From assembly GCA_041659785.1 (NCBI GenBank), contig JBAZXO010000001.1, positions 86,941 to 150,940 of the forward strand: a stretch of DNA of 64,000 nt. The letters run 5' to 3'. The DNA is from Minisyncoccota bacterium (GTDB lineage: Bacteria > Patescibacteriota > Minisyncoccia > Phycocordibacterales > UBA9973). Below are positions 58,521 through 64,000 of this stretch, piece after piece. The notes beneath the pieces are model-generated. The model was given only the letters and a program-made list of their open reading frames with translations, made no database searches and was not told where the DNA came from. The translations under genes were made by a program, and so were the position numbers. Position 1 is the first letter of the stretch. Every line of letters begins with the position of its first letter.

Positions 58521-58549
58521 AAAAGGGTTACGTTTAACGTAACCCTTTT
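58521..58549. terminator. Bidirectional terminator
   Basis: aaaagggttacgt-tta-acgtaaccctttt. Confidence 0.85.
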
Positions 58550-58582
58550 CTTAATTTTCCCTGAACGAGAATTATTCTGATA

Positions 58583-58864
58583 CTAAAACAACTGCGAGTG
58601 AGAGCCAATATCAACTAATATTAGAATTAAATTTTCTTTTTCTATTTTATAAATTAGAAGTAAATCCCCTTGGATATAACATTCTCGACAATCAGAGAAT
58701 TCTCCACTTAATTTGTGATCTTTATATATAAGTGGCAAATTCTTACCAATTGCAAGATAGTCTATAACAAACCCCAAATCTTTTAAAACAGATTTTTTCG
58801 CTCCAGAATTTCTAATCTTTTTAAAAGACTTTTCAAAAGATTTTGTCTTTTTTATCAAATACAT
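58583..58864 (-). CDS. yafQ: YafQ family toxin
   Basis: YKDHKLSG, REC.I..DLLLIY and GSHSQLF. Confidence 0.92.
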   Translation of the reverse strand: MYLIKKTKSFEKSFKKIRNSGAKKSVLKDLGFVIDYLAIGKNLPLIYKDHKLSGEFSDCRECYIQGDLLLIYKIEKENLILILVDIGSHSQLF

Positions 58865-58865
58865 T

Positions 58866-59120
58866 TTATTTTAAATCTGCAAAAAGCTCTTTAGAATTTT
58901 TATATGATTTCCCGTATTTTAAAGCGTAGGCAATTTCTTTATCCCATTTTGCTTTTATAGAAGCAAGATTTTTTGTGGGAGTAAAAGGTAAACCATTTTC
59001 AGTAATAACTTGGTTTAAAAACATTTTAACAGCAGTAGACATATCAATGCCAAGAGAAGACAAAGTCTTATTTGCCTTATTTTTTATATTTTCTTCAATT
59101 CTTATATTTAATGTGGTCAT
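58866..59120 (-). CDS. dinJ: DinJ/RelB family antitoxin
   Basis: LNIRIE..IK..A...L..LGIDMSTAVKMFL.Q....GLPF. Confidence 0.92.
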   Translation of the reverse strand: MTTLNIRIEENIKNKANKTLSSLGIDMSTAVKMFLNQVITENGLPFTPTKNLASIKAKWDKEIAYALKYGKSYKNSKELFADLK

Positions 59121-59126
59121 ATTGCT

Positions 59127-59154
59127 AGTATATACAATGTACATACATTGTCAA
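59127..59154 (-). promoter_or_regulatory. TA promoter with palindromic operator
   Basis: TTGACA-16-TATACT overlapped by acaatgta-ca-tacattgt (59134-59151). Confidence 0.75.
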
Positions 59155-59254
59155 TACAGTTATTCACAAGTTTAAAGAGCGAAAAATAGGAATCATGCCA
59201 AAAAAATACCCCTTCCTTTCGGTTGGGGCACGCATTAAGCATATATTAGATATT

Positions 59255-59566
59255 TTAGTTAGGATTTTTGAGAATATCAATCCAACCCTTGCGGTCAGAT
59301 GTTCTAAACCATCCTTTTACTTTTAAATCCAGGTTAATGGGATTATTTTTTTTAATAAATCCTTCAAAAAGCCAACTTTCCCCAGAGCCATCTTCCCATT
59401 TAAGGCTGTTGATGCCAACCTCGATATCACATGTACCACCTGGAAAATCCGGCCCATACACAGTAAAGGTCACCGTACGGTGACATCCCTTTTCAACCTT
59501 ACTAAAAAATGCAACTGCAAGATCCCACTTTGATGGAGCATTGAGGATTGAATTCATGCGTGTCAT
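59255..59566 (-). CDS. Orphan hypothetical protein
   Basis: GAGGTG SD, TTGACG-17-TATAAT promoter (59680-59708), terminator at about 59199-59230. Confidence 0.65.
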   Translation of the reverse strand: MTRMNSILNAPSKWDLAVAFFSKVEKGCHRTVTFTVYGPDFPGGTCDIEVGINSLKWEDGSGESWLFEGFIKKNNPINLDLKVKGWFRTSDRKGWIDILKNPN

Positions 59567-59712
59567 ACGACACCTCTTTAAAAGAACTTCTATGCATTAG
59601 ATGAGGAATGCATACAACCCCCTTATTTCCCATTTTTAATTGGGAAACGACTTAGCTATACAGCTAAGAATCTAAATATATTATACACTCATATTGAGTT
59701 TTCGTCAATTTG

Positions 59713-59784
59713 TGAGCGTGGATGGGATCGAACCATCGACCTCTGTCTTATCAGGACAGCGTTCTACCACTGAACTACACGCTC
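59713..59784 (-). tRNA. tRNA-Ile(GAT)
   Basis: GAGCGTG/CACGCTC acceptor stem, anticodon loop CTGATAA, GGTTCGATCCC. Confidence 0.95.
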
Positions 59785-59807
59785 AAACAAAATTAAAGGA
59801 CACTGAA

Positions 59808-59848
59808 AGCCGACGTTTCAGTCGGCTCCCCGACCACATGCGTCGGGG
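59808..59848. repeat. Tandem double hairpin (REP-like)
   Basis: agccgac-gtttca-gtcggct directly followed by ccccgac-cacatgc-gtcgggg. Confidence 0.7.
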
Positions 59849-59889
59849 CTACACGCCCAAAACATTAATAAATATAACACAAATAAAAC

Positions 59890-59915
59890 AAAAAACCACC
59901 TTTCGGCGGTTTTTT
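59890..59915 (-). terminator. Intrinsic terminator after the RRM gene
   Basis: aaaaaaccacc-tttc-ggcggtttttt. Confidence 0.75.
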
Positions 59916-59959
59916 GTTTTTTGAGAAGTTAATTAAAACCCACGCCGAAGCGGGGCAAG

Positions 59960-60277
59960 TTAGTATTCTCGGCGTCCTCCTCCACTGTATCCACCTCGGT
60001 CATTTCCGCCAGTTCTTGGTGGGCGAGCTTCCATAGGGCGAGCTTCGTTGACAGTAAGCTTACGTCCTTCAAAATCTTGATCATTAAACATAGAAATAGC
60101 TTTTGAAGCTTCATCTTGTGATGACATTTCTACGAATCCAAAACCTTTTGAACGACCAGACATTTTGTCCATGATAATCACAGCAGAAACAACGTTTCCA
60201 GCTTGTGCGAAGAGCTCTTTAAGAGCATCCTCTTGTGTACTGTAAGGTAATCCCCCTACATATAGCTTTGTAGCCAT
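59960..60277 (-). CDS. RRM (RNP-1) RNA-binding protein
   Basis: KLYVGGL, RSKGFGFVEM and LTVNEARP. Confidence 0.95.
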   Translation of the reverse strand: MATKLYVGGLPYSTQEDALKELFAQAGNVVSAVIIMDKMSGRSKGFGFVEMSSQDEASKAISMFNDQDFEGRKLTVNEARPMEARPPRTGGNDRGGYSGGGRREY

Positions 60278-60397
60278 AACTTATTCTTCTTCCTTTTTTA
60301 ATAAAAAGGACAAAAAACTATTTATAAACGTAGAAACTCTATTTCGCTAAATGAGACCTACAAATAAAAGTATACCATACGAAAAATAAAAGACAAA

Positions 60398-61393
60398 TTA
60401 TTCTTCATCTTCATCTTCCGCCCCTGAATTGGCGGACAAGCCCACTACTCCAGAATCCAAATCTTTTATTATTTCTTCTATTCCTCCTTCTAAAATTTTA
60501 GGTAGATTATGCCAAGACTTTTTGATGCGATGATCTGTCACACGGTCTTGAGAAAAGTTGTAAGTACGAATTTTCTCAGAACGGTCACCAGTACCTATCT
60601 GATTCTTTCTCTCACCAGCATATTTACTTGCTTCTTTTTCTTCTTCAAGCTGTTGTAGTTTCGCGGTCAAAATCATCATCGCTTGTTCACGGTTTGCGAG
60701 CTGACTTCTTTCATTTGTAGAACGCACATCGAGCCCTGTAGGCTTGTGAATTATGCGCACAGCAGTCTCAACCTTGTTCACATTTTGTCCGCCCTTACCA
60801 CCAGAACGAGAATACTCCATTTCGAAGTCAGCTGGGTTTATTATAAAAGTTATTTTCTTCTTAATTGGAAGCACTGCTACAGATGCCGTAGATGTATGCA
60901 CTCGGCCATTCTTCTCAGTTGCGGGAATTCTCTGCACTCGGTGCACGCCTGTCTCATAACGCATTTTCTTATAAACATCCTTACCCTTTATCTCAAAGCT
61001 CGCCTCTTTGTAACCATTAAGGTCACTCTTATTTTCATAATTTACTTTCCACTGCCAGTGTTGCATCTCAGCAAACTTCTCATACATATGAGCGAGCTCC
61101 CAAGCGAAAAGCGAAGCTTCGTCTCCGCCAGCTCCTGCACGCACCTCGAGAACTATTTCATTAGGAAATTCTTCAGCCTCTTTATCTTTATCTAAAATTT
61201 CTTGTACCTGTTTCTCTATTCTCTCTCTTTCTTCTTGAATAAATTTTAGTTCTTTAGCTGCCATCTCATGGAGAGAGTCATCGCTCGCAAGCATCTCGCG
61301 AACTTCTGCTTCTTCACGAAAAAGTTTCTCCAAAATACTCGCCAAGTAGCTCGTATTGTGATTCTTTTTAAGTTCTTCTATGTCTAGGCTCAT
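60398..61393 (-). CDS. prfA: Peptide chain release factor 1
   Basis: GGQ motif, PAT specificity loop and RSEKIRTYNF. Confidence 0.93.
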   Translation of the reverse strand: MSLDIEELKKNHNTSYLASILEKLFREEAEVREMLASDDSLHEMAAKELKFIQEERERIEKQVQEILDKDKEAEEFPNEIVLEVRAGAGGDEASLFAWELAHMYEKFAEMQHWQWKVNYENKSDLNGYKEASFEIKGKDVYKKMRYETGVHRVQRIPATEKNGRVHTSTASVAVLPIKKKITFIINPADFEMEYSRSGGKGGQNVNKVETAVRIIHKPTGLDVRSTNERSQLANREQAMMILTAKLQQLEEEKEASKYAGERKNQIGTGDRSEKIRTYNFSQDRVTDHRIKKSWHNLPKILEGGIEEIIKDLDSGVVGLSANSGAEDEDEE

Positions 61394-61398
61394 GTTAT

Positions 61399-61497
61399 TA
61401 AAAAATAAAGTTATATAATTTTTTTGAATGGTCTGGCTGGGATAGGGACCCAGAGATCCGAGGACCTGAGAAAAAATTGATATAACTCTATTTTTTA
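61399..61497. repeat. Hairpin element copy B (42-nt core 61426-61467)
   Basis: Inverted copy of the 27085-27126 core, enclosed by a different inverted repeat. Confidence 0.9.
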
Positions 61498-61498
61498 G

Positions 61499-61717
61499 TT
61501 ATTTTTTAGCTTTTACGGTTGCAGCTCGGCGCTTGTTGAATCGTTCTACGCGTCCAGCAGTGTCCATAATCTTTTCATTTCCAGTATAGAAAGGGTGACA
61601 ATGGCTACAAATTTCCATCTTTATATCTCCCATTGTTGAGCCAACTTCAAAAACCGCTCCGCAAGCGCAGGTGGCCTTTGTCTTTAAATCATATTTTGGA
61701 TGTATGCCTTTTTTCAT
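61499..61717 (-). CDS. rpmE: 50S ribosomal protein L31
   Basis: [23 protein letters not shown] and GRVERF. Confidence 0.97.
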   Translation of the reverse strand: MKKGIHPKYDLKTKATCACGAVFEVGSTMGDIKMEICSHCHPFYTGNEKIMDTAGRVERFNKRRAATVKAKK

Positions 61718-61746
61718 TGCCTAAAAATATTATCACAAATTTAATT

Positions 61747-63099
61747 CTAAAGCAAATCTATATTGTCTTGTATTTTTGCTTTAAAATTCATAACGCTTCT
61801 ACCATAAGAACAAGTGGACCCTCCAGAACCATAATATTTACAAGCAGCCTTCTTTTGAGCGCTAGCACTGTCACCCACGGCTCCCAGATCTGTAAGGTAC
61901 ATAGCAGAAGCCATAAAAGCATCGTGTGGTGACCATGGATTAGCATAATGTCCTAGGATATTTTGTAAACGTGATGCAAACATTTTCCAAGTCGAAGGAA
62001 TAAACTGAGCTGGACCCATGGCTCCACCGTACCCAGCCACACCAGCGATAGGACAAGACACGGCAGTTTGATACGCATTAAAAGCAAGATCATTGGTTAT
62101 TTCTAGAAATGGCTGAACGTCACGTGTGGGCTTCATCACATTTGCAAATGGTGTTCCTGTATTTTTCCCGACACCCGCACCAGTATCTGGATTGGTTAAA
62201 TAACATTGACCGACATTGGCTCCGAGATTACTTTCCTGAGTAAGTATCGCAAGTAAAAATGCTGGATCAATACCTAATTTACTTTTTGCATCATTAGCAT
62301 ATCCAAGAGCGGTACCGAAATCAATTTTCGTAGAAATACCAGCAAGACTGAAGAGTGCGCTACGGATCTTGTCAGCTTGAGCCTTTTTTTGTGCAGCGAG
62401 AGTATTGTAAGCAACTTCTTTTTGTTTAGAGATAGCGAGCAATTGCTTTTTATCAGCCTCCGCTTTTGCAGTACTCCTTTGTGCATTTTCTAACTCTGCT
62501 TTTGCATCAGCTTCAGCATTTTGCTTTTTTTCAAGACTTTGTTTCTCGACTTCAGTCTGAACCTTCACTCCATTAATAATATCTACAGAATTTTTTACAG
62601 CTTGTTTGATTGAATTATAAGATTCTAAATCACTATAAAAATCTGACACGCTATTATTAGAAAGAACAAGGTCTACTAAATTATTATTATCAAATTCATT
62701 AGTATTACGCAGAAGCTGAGCAAGCGAATTATGTTCACGATCTATTTTAGTAGTGAGTGAGTTAATAGTATCAACTTTTTCTCCTATATTTATTTTTAAT
62801 TGAGCGATGGCGAGTGCCCGAGCTTTTATTTTTGCTTTCAGTGCATTGATCTGAGCAGTCAAATAAGCCACGTCCCCTTTCAATGTACCGGTGGCTTTTT
62901 GTTGCTCTTTTTGTTTGTTTATAAGGTCGGCAAGCTCTGCTTCAATTTGAACAAGTTCACTTCGGCAATAATCCTTATCAACCTGACTAGAAGATGTAAC
63001 TAATGTCAGACAGTCAAAAGCAGCATTTGCTGTGAGTACAAATGATGATGAAAAAACTAAACTAAAAATAAAAAAAGTTATGACTATCTTCCTTGTCAT
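61747..63099 (-). CDS. Coiled-coil lytic murein transglycosylase
   Basis: Signal peptide, long coiled coil, QES catalytic motif and GAMGPAQFIPSTW. Confidence 0.85.
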   Translation of the reverse strand: MTRKIVITFFIFSLVFSSSFVLTANAAFDCLTLVTSSSQVDKDYCRSELVQIEAELADLINKQKEQQKATGTLKGDVAYLTAQINALKAKIKARALAIAQLKINIGEKVDTINSLTTKIDREHNSLAQLLRNTNEFDNNNLVDLVLSNNSVSDFYSDLESYNSIKQAVKNSVDIINGVKVQTEVEKQSLEKKQNAEADAKAELENAQRSTAKAEADKKQLLAISKQKEVAYNTLAAQKKAQADKIRSALFSLAGISTKIDFGTALGYANDAKSKLGIDPAFLLAILTQESNLGANVGQCYLTNPDTGAGVGKNTGTPFANVMKPTRDVQPFLEITNDLAFNAYQTAVSCPIAGVAGYGGAMGPAQFIPSTWKMFASRLQNILGHYANPWSPHDAFMASAMYLTDLGAVGDSASAQKKAACKYYGSGGSTCSYGRSVMNFKAKIQDNIDLL

Positions 63100-63194
63100 A
63101 ACTCTTATTATAGCAGTAAACGAGGAGCATAAACAAATTTATTTGTTTAATGTCCGAGTGCAACTGCTATATGGTAATCCATATATCATATTTT

Positions 63195-63857
63195 TTATTC
63201 TTTTGCGGGGGCTGCTGCTTCAGCTCCGGCTTCACCTTCCTCTTCTTTCTTGCCTTTCTTTTCTACTTCGATAGCAGATAGATCAACAGGTGCTACGACT
63301 TCTTCTTTTTCTTCTACTTGTTCTACAACAGAAACGACAACTTCAGTAGGCTCATTCATTACGACAACTCCAGCTGGAAGTTTAACATCAGAAACGAAGA
63401 CCTGATCATTTAGTGTTTTAAGTTTAGAAATATCAACGACAAGGTTGTGTGGTAAGTCGTTTGGCAGAGCTTCAATTTCGAATTCATGCATAACTTTAAC
63501 GAGGTTTCCAGTTCCAGTCTTAACTGCATCTGATACACCTTCGAATACAAGAGGTACATGGACACGAATTTTCTTTTTCATGTCGATAGCGAGGAAGTCT
63601 ACGTGTGTAGGCTCATCTGTAATAGGGTTTACTTGAACTTCATGGATAAGAACATCGATGTTTCCATCTAGCATTTCAATTTTAACAGCAGAAGACTCTC
63701 CAGCATCTCGCCAAACTTTCTTGAATTCAACTATTGGAACTGAAATAGAAGTTGTTTTCTTACCTGCTCCATAAAAAACAGCAGGGATTTCCCCTTCTTT
63801 TCTTATAGCATCTAATTTCATGCTTTCGTCTCTCTTTTTAGCTTTGATTGTAAACAT
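63195..63857 (-). CDS. rplY: 50S ribosomal protein L25 (CTC type)
   Basis: IPAVFYG, HVDF and a C-terminal beta domain. Confidence 0.95.
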   Translation of the reverse strand: MFTIKAKKRDESMKLDAIRKEGEIPAVFYGAGKKTTSISVPIVEFKKVWRDAGESSAVKIEMLDGNIDVLIHEVQVNPITDEPTHVDFLAIDMKKKIRVHVPLVFEGVSDAVKTGTGNLVKVMHEFEIEALPNDLPHNLVVDISKLKTLNDQVFVSDVKLPAGVVVMNEPTEVVVSVVEQVEEKEEVVAPVDLSAIEVEKKGKKEEEGEAGAEAAAPAKE

Positions 63858-63896
63858 GAAGATGATTATACATGAAAAATATGTAAATGCAAATTC

Positions 63897-63950
63897 ACCT
63901 CACCCCTTTCTTTCCCCTCTCCTTAATAAGGAGAGGGGCTGGGGAGAGGT
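63897..63950. repeat. REP-like palindrome
   Basis: cccctctcctta-a-taaggagagggg nested within acctcacccc/ggggagaggt. Confidence 0.75.
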
Positions 63951-64000
63951 TAAACATGGTGACTAGCCTCATGTTCTTCTGCTATATGTGATGCGATATA

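Overview
An AT-rich, gene-dense 64 kb chromosomal segment using the standard genetic code. Its gene content and style point to a Candidate Phyla Radiation (Patescibacteria, Parcubacteria/Nomurabacteria-like) bacterium; this is inference, not a phylogenetic placement. Most of it is housekeeping: rpmA, rplI, rpmG, rpmE, rplY, prfA, frr, serS, miaA, rsmI, a Dus enzyme, dnaX, a holB-like gene, priA, topA, dprA, parB, rel, murA, alr, ddl, mreB, PBP2, a complete F1Fo ATP synthase operon and four tRNAs (Gln, Leu, Trp, Ile). Accessory blocks are a four-gene HEPN cassette, an alkylation-repair cluster, a Fic + Type I R-M island carrying an embedded HEXXH-less IrrE-like/PIN pair, a DinJ-YafQ module and four self-contained orphan cassettes. 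The most unusual signals are non-coding: (1) two copies of a ~95-nt hairpin element with a 39/42-identical core, unrelated but paired arms and an identically placed bulged base; (2) a ~190-nt multi-branched candidate ncRNA behind a leader-peptide/terminator unit; (3) several families of short palindromes inserted in frame into essential proteins; (4) a pervasive architecture in which a -10 box sits 6-7 nt before the ATG, implying leaderless mRNAs. All structures were folded by eye and no database searches were run.
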